A DNA stretch of 64,000 nt, from NCBI GenBank assembly GCA_021414225.1, contig JAIOOX010000001.1, forward strand, positions 6,624 through 70,623. The letters are read 5' to 3'. The position numbers and the translations under genes are program-made. The notes beneath the pieces were generated by a model. That model saw nothing but the letters and a program-made list of their open reading frames with translations. It did no database searches and had not been told where the DNA came from. Positions 43,094 to 52,024 of the stretch are shown here, piece after piece; within the stretch, counting starts at the first letter, position 1; every line of letters begins with the position of its first letter. The DNA comes from Candidatus Vogelbacteria bacterium (GTDB lineage Bacteria; Patescibacteriota; Minisyncoccia; Phycocordibacterales; XYD1-FULL-46-19).

Positions 43094-43774
43094 TTAACTA
43101 AGTAATTTTTTAATCACAATTGAAATCTGTTCATGAATATCTGGTATAGGTTTAGGCCTATCCCCATCAGCGCAATCAATTACAGTCCAACCATATTGTT
43201 TGGCGACCTCTAAATAAGCTTGTGAGGCTTTTTCTAAGTGCTGGAGATCGGCTTCATGAATATCTCTTTTTTTACCTTGAGTGTACTCTCTAGCCGACTT
43301 CTGATCGACTAATTTTTGACCTACAGCTGGTGGCATAAACAAAATAATCACCGCATCTGGTTTTGGAATATTAAGCATTCCAAACTCTAAATCTAATAAC
43401 CAGGTCAGGAATTTTTGACGCTCAACCGGATCGGCAATTTTACCAGCCTGATGCCCAATATTAGAGGAGACATAACGATTAGCGATCACCACCCACCCTT
43501 CAGCCAACCACTGTCTGATCTCGGTCGCTTTATCAAAGCGATCTAAAGCATAAAACAATGAGGCCTTATAAGGTCCAACTTCATCCGCTGATCCATATTC
43601 ACCGCGTAAATATTTTTCAACAAACCAAGCACTGCCATTACCATATTGAGGAAAATCAACCATTTTCACTTTCCGCCCCTCAGTTGCCAGACGTTCGATG
43701 ATTAAAGCTGTCTGGGTCCCCTTACCTGAGCCATCCGTACCATCAATGACAATAAAAATACCTTGCTTAATCAT
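43094..43774 (-). CDS. tmk: Thymidylate kinase
   Basis: P-loop IVIDGTDGSGKGTQ and the DRY-like lid. 226 aa. Confidence 0.88.
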   Translation of the reverse strand: MIKQGIFIVIDGTDGSGKGTQTALIIERLATEGRKVKMVDFPQYGNGSAWFVEKYLRGEYGSADEVGPYKASLFYALDRFDKATEIRQWLAEGWVVIANRYVSSNIGHQAGKIADPVERQKFLTWLLDLEFGMLNIPKPDAVIILFMPPAVGQKLVDQKSAREYTQGKKRDIHEADLQHLEKASQAYLEVAKQYGWTVIDCADGDRPKPIPDIHEQISIVIKKLLS

Positions 43775-43776
43775 GC

Positions 43777-44958
43777 CTAATTAATCAGTTTTTTAATTAC
43801 CCGGTCTATTCGATCAGCTATTTTGACCATATCTGATTCTTTTTTACCTCTAGTAGTTTCAGCTGCCGTACCTAGACGAATACCTGAAGGATCTACTGGC
43901 GAGCGACTATCAAATGGAATGGTATTTTTATTAACAATAATCCCCACCTTCTCTAGAGCTTCACTCGCCGCTTTTCCGCCCACCCCTTTACCGTCCAACC
44001 AAGTGTCAACCAAAAGTAGATGACTATCAGTTCCACCAGAAATTAATCGCCAGCCCTTTTTCTTAAGAGCTTCACCTAGAGCTTTAGCATTTTTCACTAC
44101 TTGTTTAGCATATTTTTTATAGGCCTCACTTTGAGCTTCAAGCAAAGTAACAGCCACAGCTGCTATCTGATTCAGGTGTGGTCCACCTTGTAAGCCTGGA
44201 AATACCGCTTTATCTATTTTTTTATATAAATCCCGGTCATCAATCAGAGAAAAGATCAGGGCACTCCGTGGACCTCGCAAGGTCTTGTGCGTGGTCGTAG
44301 TGACCACATCAGCATACGGAAAAGGACTTGGATAAACTCCACCAGCTACCAAACCAGCAATATGAGACATATCCACCATCAGCAAAGATTCTCCAGCATC
44401 AGCTATCTCTCTAAATTTTTTCCAATTGATATTTCGTGGATAAGCAGTAAAACCAGCTACGATAATTGTCGGCTTTTCTTTGATTGCTATTTTCTTTAAT
44501 TCTTCATAATCAATAACTTCCGTTTCCTTAGATACACCATACGGCACCTGAACCCAAGCCTTACCTGTCATTGATACCTTATAGCCATGAGTTAAGTGTC
44601 CTCCATGGTCAAGCGACATCCCCATTATTTTACCGCCCAGTGGCACCAAACCAAGGTAGACCGCCAAGTTCGCTGGAGAGCCAGACAAAGCTTGAACGTT
44701 AACATGCCATTTTTTAGCACTTAATTTAAATAACTTAAGAGCTCGATCCTTACAGATATTTTCAATCTGATCCACAATTTCATTGCCTCCATAATAACGC
44801 AACCCAGAATATCCCTCAGCATACTTATTAGTTAACTCCGAACCCAAGGCTTTAAGCACGTCAGCTGAAACATAATTCTCTGACGCAATTAAATTAACTA
44901 CTTTCTTCTGACGTTTTTTTTCTATGTCTATTAATTTAGTGATTTGTTTATCTTTCAT
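43777..44958 (-). CDS. glyA: Serine hydroxymethyltransferase
   Basis: LIASENYVS motif and the PLP-lysine region TTTTHKTLRGPRSA. 393 aa. Confidence 0.9.
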   Translation of the reverse strand: MKDKQITKLIDIEKKRQKKVVNLIASENYVSADVLKALGSELTNKYAEGYSGLRYYGGNEIVDQIENICKDRALKLFKLSAKKWHVNVQALSGSPANLAVYLGLVPLGGKIMGMSLDHGGHLTHGYKVSMTGKAWVQVPYGVSKETEVIDYEELKKIAIKEKPTIIVAGFTAYPRNINWKKFREIADAGESLLMVDMSHIAGLVAGGVYPSPFPYADVVTTTTHKTLRGPRSALIFSLIDDRDLYKKIDKAVFPGLQGGPHLNQIAAVAVTLLEAQSEAYKKYAKQVVKNAKALGEALKKKGWRLISGGTDSHLLLVDTWLDGKGVGGKAASEALEKVGIIVNKNTIPFDSRSPVDPSGIRLGTAAETTRGKKESDMVKIADRIDRVIKKLIN

Positions 44959-44960
44959 AA

Positions 44961-46250
44961 TTATTTTTCTTTAATATCACTTAAACCTCGACGAACATCC
45001 CAACTATCCAATTCTAAATCTGAATACAAAACTAGATCAGGAAACAGGGTTTTCAATCCATAATGCATTTGGTGAGCAATTTTTCTTAGAGTTGGGTGAA
45101 CCAGTTTACCTGATCGCAACTCTACTGTATAAACGGTCGCCGGCAAGCCATAAGTAACTTTACATGGCGTATTGAAACCCATCGCCACGTAATATTGTTT
45201 TATCTCATCAGTAGCCGACAAAGACTGAATCGCTTCTGTCTGATTTTTAATTAAAGTCAAAGCCTCTAACATTAAGTCATCCGGTAACTGATTTAAGTAC
45301 CAATCATTAAAACCACACTGCGGGGTCAATAGCGGCATCCGGCAAACACCATTACGATGGCGTTGAATGTCTCTGAACGAACCAAAGTCCATCAAAAATT
45401 CAAAAGTAATAGTTCCTAATTCCGTCAAAAAATGAGGCAGGTTAGTTTTGATTGGCCGTTTAGCCAATATCTCTTTGTATTGACTCAAGCTGGAAGCATC
45501 AATAGTGGTTGAATAAATAAAATTAGGATTACAAACTTTAGGATTATAAAAAGTAAAATTTTCAACTAAATACTGACGATAATTTTCCTGCCCTTCATAA
45601 TTCTTGTGCGAGAAACTGTTTGGGTATTTTTCAGATAAAGCCTGGTGAATACTCTCGGCCACCGCCCTAACTTCCGGTAATGGATTATAACGCATTAAAG
45701 CTAGTTTATCGGCCGCCTGACGTAAGTTGGTATGCCATGACAATTGAGTTGTTGATCCTGCTGGTAAAAACGAACGCAAGATATCAAAAGAACGAGCAGT
45801 AATAGCTTTCAAATACACATTTTCATCTTCTTCTGGCCGACGCGGATAGCGTTTTTGTAAGTAAGCAATCAACGGCTCTTTACTCTTACTATAAAAATCT
45901 ATCCAATTCTGAATAATTTTTTTAGATTCTGGTGTACCTAGAGGATCAACTATTTCTTGTTGAGCAAAATCAATATAGCGAGAACTAGTTTCTTGGCCAG
46001 AGTAAAGAGGCCAGTCTTGAACAGCTTTTGCCACCAACATACTTACTCCTTCAATAAAAACCGTCGTACTACCGCAATCCGCAATACTGGCATGACCATA
46101 GCCAACATAAAATTTCTCCATAAACTTACCTGAACCCGTTTTCTTAACCTTCTCCGCATGTTCCACCACACTCTCAGCACTCCGAGAGTATAACGCTTGC
46201 ATCATCGCAATATCTTCTGGATTAAATTCATCGTAGACAAAAGTTTTCAT
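44961..46250 (-). CDS. Divergent ThyX-like flavin-dependent thymidylate synthase family protein (double length)
   Basis: Alignable to the ThyX core (GHASIADCG...QETSSRY against ThyX GHE..FEH...RHRxxxxxxSxRY). The first RHR is replaced by DWP and an RHR lies later (IQRHRNG). A second ThyX-like helix is present (LRSGKLVHPTLRKIAHQM). The gene sits inside the dCMP deaminase-glyA-tmk-dut operon. Confidence 0.5.
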   Translation of the reverse strand: MKTFVYDEFNPEDIAMMQALYSRSAESVVEHAEKVKKTGSGKFMEKFYVGYGHASIADCGSTTVFIEGVSMLVAKAVQDWPLYSGQETSSRYIDFAQQEIVDPLGTPESKKIIQNWIDFYSKSKEPLIAYLQKRYPRRPEEDENVYLKAITARSFDILRSFLPAGSTTQLSWHTNLRQAADKLALMRYNPLPEVRAVAESIHQALSEKYPNSFSHKNYEGQENYRQYLVENFTFYNPKVCNPNFIYSTTIDASSLSQYKEILAKRPIKTNLPHFLTELGTITFEFLMDFGSFRDIQRHRNGVCRMPLLTPQCGFNDWYLNQLPDDLMLEALTLIKNQTEAIQSLSATDEIKQYYVAMGFNTPCKVTYGLPATVYTVELRSGKLVHPTLRKIAHQMHYGLKTLFPDLVLYSDLELDSWDVRRGLSDIKEK

Positions 46251-46252
46251 AA

Positions 46253-46789
46253 TTATTTCATATTATCGTAAACTTCTAATTCATTATTCAAAAGCTCATA
46301 CTCCACACCAGCGTCTTTAAAAATTTCTTTACTCCGACCGCCACGATGATAATCCTTCAAAGCTACTACTCGCTTAATTCCAGCATTGATCACGATCTTG
46401 GCACAAATATAACAAGGGGTCATGTGACAATAAACCGTCGCCCCATCCAAACTAACTCCGACTCGAGCCGCTTGAGCGATCGCGTTTTGTTCGGCGTGAG
46501 TTGTCCGCACACAATGCAATGACTGGGTACCATCATCGTTTAAAACCGTACTCAGCTCATGACCAACTTCATCACAATGAGCCACCCCAGCTGGAGCACC
46601 CACATAACCAGTCGTTAAAATTCGTTTGTCTCTTACAATTACACAGCCAGACCGACCTCGATCACAAGTCGCTCGACTGCCAACCAACTCAGCAATACTC
46701 ATAAAATATTCGTCCCAAGACGGGCGACGATAAGACTCTTTGACCTGTTTATCTTCAGTCATATTGGTCATTATACTCCTCCCACTCAA
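46253..46789 (-). CDS. Deoxycytidylate (dCMP) deaminase
   Basis: Zinc-binding HAEQNA...PCYICAKIV cytidine/dCMP deaminase motifs. Confidence 0.85.
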   Translation of the reverse strand: MSGRSIMTNMTEDKQVKESYRRPSWDEYFMSIAELVGSRATCDRGRSGCVIVRDKRILTTGYVGAPAGVAHCDEVGHELSTVLNDDGTQSLHCVRTTHAEQNAIAQAARVGVSLDGATVYCHMTPCYICAKIVINAGIKRVVALKDYHRGGRSKEIFKDAGVEYELLNNELEVYDNMK

Positions 46790-46916
46790 AACACCCAGAC
46801 TTGTTTTGAGACTTTATTTGTTTTCTAAAATACCACCCTCCCCCAGAAAGCCTTGCTGCCAAAAGTCTGAACCAGTCCAATTAAGATACCTAGTCATTTT
46901 TTCCGAATGTGGATAA

Positions 46917-46949
46917 CAAAAACCCCCAAAGCTTACGCTTTGGGGGTTT
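46917..46949 (-). terminator. Rho-independent terminator after rplK
   Basis: aaaaacccccaaagcttacgctttgggggtttt. The secE-nusG-rplK unit ends here, without rplA. Confidence 0.7.
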
Positions 46950-46960
46950 TCAAGATTTAT

Positions 46961-47386
46961 TTAATCAATCACATCTACACCCATTGACCGAGCGGTCCCC
47001 ATAACAGTCTTGATAGCTGTTTCTAATGAAGCAGCGTTCAGATCAGGCATCTTTCGTTCAGCAATTTCCTTAATTTTAGCTTTAGTGATTTTACCAATCT
47101 TACTAGTATTTGGCTTACCAGAACCTTTCTCTACCCCAATCGCTCGCATAATCAAGTTCGCTACCGGTGGAGTTTTAAGCACAAAATCATAACTACGATC
47201 TTCGTAAACTGAGATAATAACCGGGATAACGTCTCCCACCATTTCAGCAGTAGCTGCGTTAAACTTCTGAACGAAGTCGCCAATGTTAACCCCGGCTTGA
47301 CCGAGAACTGGACCAACTGGTGGTGCTGGATTAGCTTTACCGGCCGGAATCTGTAATTTAACTTGTTTTACAATCTTTTTTGCCAT
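46961..47386 (-). CDS. rplK: 50S ribosomal protein L11
   Basis: 141 aa. [26 protein letters not shown], the L11 N-terminal signature. Confidence 0.92.
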   Translation of the reverse strand: MAKKIVKQVKLQIPAGKANPAPPVGPVLGQAGVNIGDFVQKFNAATAEMVGDVIPVIISVYEDRSYDFVLKTPPVANLIMRAIGVEKGSGKPNTSKIGKITKAKIKEIAERKMPDLNAASLETAIKTVMGTARSMGVDVID

Positions 47387-47407
47387 ATTAGTGGTTTATA
47401 GACTACC

Positions 47408-47953
47408 TTAAATCTTCTTAACCTGCAAGAAGTCTAGTTCGACTGGAGTTTCGCGTCCAAACATAGACACCAATACCCTGACCTTACCTCTTTCATTGTC
47501 GATCTCACTAACCTTTCCTTCAAACTCTTTAAACGGACCATCCACAATAGTGATAGATTCCCCAACCACTAGATCAATAGCGTGCTTAGCTGAATCGTCA
47601 CCCATTCGACGGAATAGCTCATCAACCTCTTTCTTTTCTAGTGGTACCGGCACAGTTCCCGCTCCAATAAAACCAGTTACTCGAGGTGTATTTCGAACCA
47701 CATACCAAGAATCATCAGTAACAATCATATCTACCAAAACATAACCAGGATAAATTTTCTCTTCAATGGTCACTCTCTTGCCACCTTTAATTTTAACTTT
47801 GTTTTCACTAGGAACTAAAACATTAAAAATCTTATCTTCCATCCCTAAAGATTCAATACGTTGTTTCAAATTCCGAGCTACAGCATTCTCATAACCTGAA
47901 TAAGTATGAATAGCATACCAATTACGTCCTTGATCTAATTCTTGTTTAGCCAT
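47408..47953 (-). CDS. nusG: Transcription termination/antitermination factor NusG
   Basis: NGN domain (WYAIHTYSGYENAV) and a C-terminal KOW (GESITIVDGPFKEFEGKV). Confidence 0.9.
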   Translation of the reverse strand: MAKQELDQGRNWYAIHTYSGYENAVARNLKQRIESLGMEDKIFNVLVPSENKVKIKGGKRVTIEEKIYPGYVLVDMIVTDDSWYVVRNTPRVTGFIGAGTVPVPLEKKEVDELFRRMGDDSAKHAIDLVVGESITIVDGPFKEFEGKVSEIDNERGKVRVLVSMFGRETPVELDFLQVKKI

Positions 47954-47965
47954 AGATATTATTTT

Positions 47966-48151
47966 TTAGCCTAAAATGACCGCTCGTAATATTAAATTAA
48001 AAATAAAATCAAACAAACCAAGGTAAGCTCCAGCCAAAATAGAGGTGATAATCACTACCACTGTAAAAATAACCGTATCTCTACGAGTCGGCCAGTTAAC
48101 GTGACGCAATTCACTTCGAGTACCCTTAATATATTCTGAAAGCCAAGACAT
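47966..48151 (-). CDS. secE: Preprotein translocase subunit SecE
   Basis: 61 aa with a single TM helix. Position upstream of nusG-rplK. Confidence 0.8.
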   Translation of the reverse strand: MSWLSEYIKGTRSELRHVNWPTRRDTVIFTVVVIITSILAGAYLGLFDFIFNLILRAVILG

Positions 48152-48163
48152 AATATTTGTTGT

Positions 48164-48186
48164 AAATTAAAACGCCCCGCAGGGCT
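48164..48186 (-). other. 5'-proximal hairpin plus U-tract between the secE promoter and the secE start (attenuator or leader stem)
   Basis: Minus-strand gccctgcggggc followed by gttttaattt, located between the -10 element and the secE ATG. Confidence 0.4.
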
Positions 48187-48192
48187 CTTGCC

Positions 48193-48221
48193 ATATTACC
48201 CCGCTAAAGGAGAAATGTCAA
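48193..48221 (-). promoter_or_regulatory. Near-consensus sigma70-type promoter for secE-nusG-rplK
   Basis: Minus strand reads TTGACA - 17 nt - TAATAT (plus-strand tgtcaa 48216-48221 and atatta 48193-48198). Lies about 40 nt upstream of the secE ATG. Confidence 0.55.
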
Positions 48222-48229
48222 CCAAACAA

Positions 48230-48520
48230 GGGCCTCAAAATAACAAAACTCGGGGGTGCCAGAGGACACACCCGAGTCACACACGAGACCACAGCCTACC
48301 GATGACACACCAGCTGTTGATGCTGTTGACGATCATACGCCACCGCACCAGAAACATTGATGGTTGTCGGTTTAGCAGGATCGCCTTCCAGTTTCAACCC
48401 CCGGAGGGCCGCCCGATAAAAAAGAATATCGGGCCAAGAGCCCTCGAACAAAATACCTGGCCAATTTGAAAAGATAACCGATTCCGTTTCCGTTTTCACA
48501 GGCACCTCCCGTTTGTTCAA
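48230..48520 (-). ncRNA. GC-rich, highly structured about 290-nt non-coding region (candidate structured RNA of unknown class, or a decayed element)
   Basis: Local GC is well above the flanks. Multiple stable hairpins (cccgata/tatcggg, ctcggg.../...cccgag, ggccaag.../...cctggcc). Both overlapping ORFs have implausible composition or a TTG start. No match to the RNase P, tmRNA or SRP motifs checked by eye. Confidence 0.25.
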
Positions 48521-48550
48521 TCCAGCCTTTAGAAAACCATATTATAAAAT

Positions 48551-49567
48551 TTAACGCAACTCCGGATAGACAGTGTAAATAGCTTCTACCACTTTTTGTT
48601 TAGCTTCTTCGTTGGTGCCTTGAATCAAGGCCCCTGCTGCCGGTTTGTGGCCACCGCCCCCCAACAAGGAGGCTATTTTTGATACATCAAAACCACTTCT
48701 TTCTTTAACGCGAAAACTAATCCGGTTAAAACCTTCTTCCTTTTCAATTATTGAGATGCCAATATTCCAGCCTTTCACTGTAATCAAAGTGTTAGGCAAA
48801 CCTTGGTTTTTAATATTCTCTTCTTTAATTTCGTGCTGTTTTAATAGGCTATAAGGAATACTAATAATTGCCACTTGATCATGGCCAAACAATTCAATAT
48901 GTTCAAAAGCCATCGCCTTAAAATATAATTGCTCTGGTTCTAACTGATCACTAATAGCCGAGATAATAGCTGTAAAATCGGGATAAATTTCCACTAGCTT
49001 GGCCGCTATTTCAAAAGTTCGACTAGTGGTCGCCCTAAACCGAAAACCACCAGTGTCATAGTACATCCCCACCAACAAACAAATCGCTATATCTGGCGTA
49101 ATGTTTATTTGTAACTCTTCAAACAAATCATACAAAACTTGAGCTGTCGCTGGATAACCAGGCTCTATTAAATTAATCTGACCATAACCAGTATTGGTCG
49201 CGTGGTGGTCAATCACAATAGTTTTTAAATGATCAGGGAAAACTACCTCTTGTAGTCTGGTCACCATAACTGGTGCACCACTATCGAGAATAATAAATAG
49301 ATCAAATTGACTTAAATCCATTTCGCCAAAATTCTTATCAACTATCTCAGCCCAGCCAGGCAAGACAGATAGGTTTTCTGGTTTAGGAGAATCTCCACCA
49401 ATCACCACCACTTCTTTACCTATCCCTCTAAGGGCGTGATACACAGCCAAAGAACTGCCCACACTATCGGGATCGGGACTAGGGTGACAATGCAACAAGA
49501 TTCGTTCCGAGTTATCTATCGCCTCTTTGATTTGCGGAGTTAGTTGTGGAATGATAACGCTTTTCAT
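48551..49567 (-). CDS. nrnA: DHH-family phosphoesterase (NrnA-like oligoribonuclease / pAp phosphatase)
   Basis: DHH motifs (HCHPSPDPDSVGS, DHH at VIDHHATN) and the DHHA1 C-terminal GGGGH motif (LLGGGGHKPAAGA). Confidence 0.8.
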   Translation of the reverse strand: MKSVIIPQLTPQIKEAIDNSERILLHCHPSPDPDSVGSSLAVYHALRGIGKEVVVIGGDSPKPENLSVLPGWAEIVDKNFGEMDLSQFDLFIILDSGAPVMVTRLQEVVFPDHLKTIVIDHHATNTGYGQINLIEPGYPATAQVLYDLFEELQINITPDIAICLLVGMYYDTGGFRFRATTSRTFEIAAKLVEIYPDFTAIISAISDQLEPEQLYFKAMAFEHIELFGHDQVAIISIPYSLLKQHEIKEENIKNQGLPNTLITVKGWNIGISIIEKEEGFNRISFRVKERSGFDVSKIASLLGGGGHKPAAGALIQGTNEEAKQKVVEAIYTVYPELR

Positions 49568-49569
49568 TT

Positions 49570-50076
49570 TTATTGTTTTCTTAAATCTTCAATGTTTTTA
49601 GTTAGGATTTCGATTTGTTTCTTAATCGTCTCCAAAGTCGCCACCGTCATATCTTCAATCTCATCATCCTGTTTTTCTATTTCATCCACATCTTGTTGAA
49701 TCTCGTCAACATTGTGTTGAATTTCATCCACATCTTGTTGCATCTCATCAACATCTTCTTGAATAGTATCAACTCCTGCTTGAATCTCCTCAATATCTTC
49801 TTCTACTTCTTCCAAACTAGCCGTGTTTCGATTAACAGTCATTTGAATGAAGATGGCTAAATAAATCGCCTCCAAAGAAACAATGGTCGTTAACACTAGT
49901 AACACCCGATCCCAATTAACACCTAGCAAGCCCAATAAAAAAGCTGAAATAAACAAGGCAGTATGAACAGCTAAGGATTCGGTTGAACCAATCCAGGCAG
50001 TCGCTTTGGTGGAAATTTTTTCCAAATTAAACCTTTTATTCTTTTTTGATTTTCTTTTTTTAGACATTGCCGTCAA
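49570..50076 (-). CDS. DUF1003-like membrane protein with a repetitive acidic coiled-coil C-terminus
   Basis: Two TM helices with WIGSTESLAVHTALF...NRN (DUF1003-like), then heptad repeats DVDEIQQ/DVDEMQQ/NVDEIQQ. Confidence 0.5.
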   Translation of the reverse strand: MTAMSKKRKSKKNKRFNLEKISTKATAWIGSTESLAVHTALFISAFLLGLLGVNWDRVLLVLTTIVSLEAIYLAIFIQMTVNRNTASLEEVEEDIEEIQAGVDTIQEDVDEMQQDVDEIQHNVDEIQQDVDEIEKQDDEIEDMTVATLETIKKQIEILTKNIEDLRKQ

Positions 50077-50115
50077 ATATACTCACCAGTAGGAGTCCAG
50101 TATTATCAATTAGTA

Positions 50116-50523
50116 TTACTTTCCTTTGTTAACAAATTTTTCGAGAGTGTAACGACCAGCGCCAGCACAGATAACTCCAATAGAAGCCAACAACAAAACT
50201 AAATCCAACTCATAACCACCATTACCATAACCCATTCCCCCTTTAATTTTAGTGATCGCCCCCACCATAATAAACACAAAAAGCACCGCCACTGTCTGAG
50301 TAGCCACTCCTGCAATCATCAGCAAGCCACCCACCAACTCAATTATAGCCACCGACCAAGCCAACCAAGCTGGTAAATTGATTGAAGCAAAAAAAGCGAC
50401 CGTTGCCCCCATATTCATAAGTTTAGTTGCTCCGTGATACACAAAAGGGATACCAACCGTTAGACGTAGAGCCAACAAACCTAAAGCGGGATTGTCAGTA
50501 TAACTTTGAATGCGTTTCAACAT
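50116..50523 (-). CDS. DoxX-family membrane protein
   Basis: 135 aa with four TM helices and DoxX-like GIPFVYHGATKL. Confidence 0.65.
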   Translation of the reverse strand: MLKRIQSYTDNPALGLLALRLTVGIPFVYHGATKLMNMGATVAFFASINLPAWLAWSVAIIELVGGLLMIAGVATQTVAVLFVFIMVGAITKIKGGMGYGNGGYELDLVLLLASIGVICAGAGRYTLEKFVNKGK

Positions 50524-50630
50524 AGGAAAGAAAATAAATTTAGTAATTACTAATTATAATAACACTTTATAGATTCAAACTCCAAAGGCGGGACTTAAAA
50601 AGCCCCGCCAACCTTACTCGCACCAAAGAA

Positions 50631-50906
50631 CTATGTCCGTCTTTTTTTATTAAACATTGCCATGTCTACAGCAATATTTACAGCCTCCCAAGATTTTATT
50701 TTATTGGACTCCAAATGCCGACGGTAATGTTGAGAATACAACTCCCTCCTAATCAACTGCCCGCACAAGTTACAAAGAAAACAACACGGCTCTGCCCAGT
50801 GCAGACAGTTTGGTCGGTCAGAAAACCTGTGACAACAGCAGTCACACACCTCCTCCGGTAAACAATCAAACACTAACAAGCGCCCTTCATAATGAGTGGT
50901 ACACAT
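50631..50906 (-). CDS. Small Cys-rich protein with a C2H2-like zinc-finger motif
   Basis: 91 aa with 12 Cys. Includes CNLCGQLIRRELYSQHYRRH (C-x2-C-x12-H-x3-H). Confidence 0.45.
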   Translation of the reverse strand: MCTTHYEGRLLVFDCLPEEVCDCCCHRFSDRPNCLHWAEPCCFLCNLCGQLIRRELYSQHYRRHLESNKIKSWEAVNIAVDMAMFNKKRRT

Positions 50907-50971
50907 AAAAAAATCCTCCCATTTCTCTTCCTTTATTTAGAATACGCCCAACCAAACACCTAAGTCAAATA

Positions 50972-51451
50972 CTAGTGGCAAACATTTAAACCTCTCTTCA
51001 TTAAATACTTCTGGTGATAGTCTTCGGCCGGATAAAAAATTTCAGCTGGTAAAATTTGAGTGGCTACGCGATCGGCCAGCTTTCCCGATTCATCTAACCC
51101 TTGTTTCGATTGTTCAGCCAAATCCCGTTGCTCTGAAGTATGGTAAAAAATAACTGAGCGATATTGCGTTCCAGTATCCGGACCCTGACGATCAATTTGG
51201 GTCGGGTCATGGTTCTCCCAAAAAACTTTTAGTAAACTCTCGTACTTAATCTTGGTTGGATCATAGGTAAGATGCACCACTTCAACATGACCAGTCTCAT
51301 CGGTACACACTTCTTCATAAGTCGGATTAATCTTATCACCACCCATATAGCCCACAGCGGTCTCGATGACTCCTGTCAAAGTTCTGAAGGTTTCCTCCAC
51401 CCCCCAAAAACAACCAGCCCCAAAAGTCGCTTGTTGTAAGTTTTGTTCCAT
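50972..51451 (-). CDS. msrA: Peptide methionine sulfoxide reductase MsrA
   Basis: Active-site GCFWG motif ([13 protein letters not shown]). Confidence 0.9.
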   Translation of the reverse strand: MEQNLQQATFGAGCFWGVEETFRTLTGVIETAVGYMGGDKINPTYEEVCTDETGHVEVVHLTYDPTKIKYESLLKVFWENHDPTQIDRQGPDTGTQYRSVIFYHTSEQRDLAEQSKQGLDESGKLADRVATQILPAEIFYPAEDYHQKYLMKRGLNVCH

Positions 51452-51481
51452 TAGTTAATTATACCACCCTGGTCAATAACC

Positions 51482-51928
51482 CTATCCAGCGTGATGATAG
51501 CCCTCGCCTTTGATTATAGTGAGTGATCGATAGACTTGCTCGGCCACAATTAGACGAACAATCTGGTGCGGGAAAGTTAGTTTACCTAATGACCATACAA
51601 TCTGACCTTTCTCTTTTACTTTCTTATCAAAACCATAAGCCCCACCAATTATAAAAACCAGGCGTTTATCACTTGACCCCATTCTTTCGTTCACTAATTC
51701 AGCTAATTTCTCTGACGAATAATTTATCCCTTCGTCGTCGAGTAATATACAAAAGTCGCCAGGCGCTAAAATAGACAAAATTTTTGAGCCTTCAGTTTTA
51801 GGATCGCTAGTGGGAATAATTTTCCAGTCAATCTGTGAATAATTTTTTATCCGTTTGGTATATTGTTCAATTCCCTCTCGAATAATGTCGTCGTGTTTCT
51901 TGCCGATCGTGATAATTAGAATCTTCAT
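51482..51928 (-). CDS. rlmH: 23S rRNA (pseudouridine1915-N3)-methyltransferase RlmH (SPOUT)
   Basis: MKILIITIGKK..., LVFIIGGAYGF, and the YbeA/RlmH C-terminal motif. Start placed at the internal ATG. Confidence 0.8.
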   Translation of the reverse strand: MKILIITIGKKHDDIIREGIEQYTKRIKNYSQIDWKIIPTSDPKTEGSKILSILAPGDFCILLDDEGINYSSEKLAELVNERMGSSDKRLVFIIGGAYGFDKKVKEKGQIVWSLGKLTFPHQIVRLIVAEQVYRSLTIIKGEGYHHAG

Positions 51929-51965
51929 GCCGAATATTATAACAAACTTTGTTTGGGTGAAGTAC

Positions 51966-52023
51966 AAAAAAAACAGAAACCCCACCAGACCGAGAGAGCG
52001 GGGCTCTGTTTGGTCTGGTGGGG
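51966..52023 (-). terminator. Strong rho-independent terminator after the lexA-operon accessory gene
   Basis: ccccaccagaccgagagagcggggctctgtttggtctggtgggg, followed on the minus strand by a U8 tract. Confidence 0.75.
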
Positions 52024-52024
52024 A

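Noticed and set aside
48188-48520. Overlapping ORFs 48188-48469(+) and 48296-48520(-) as protein-coding genes
   Set aside because: Arg/His/Thr-rich composition typical of translated GC-rich RNA. The minus ORF uses a TTG start and lacks an RBS. The region is treated as structured non-coding DNA instead.
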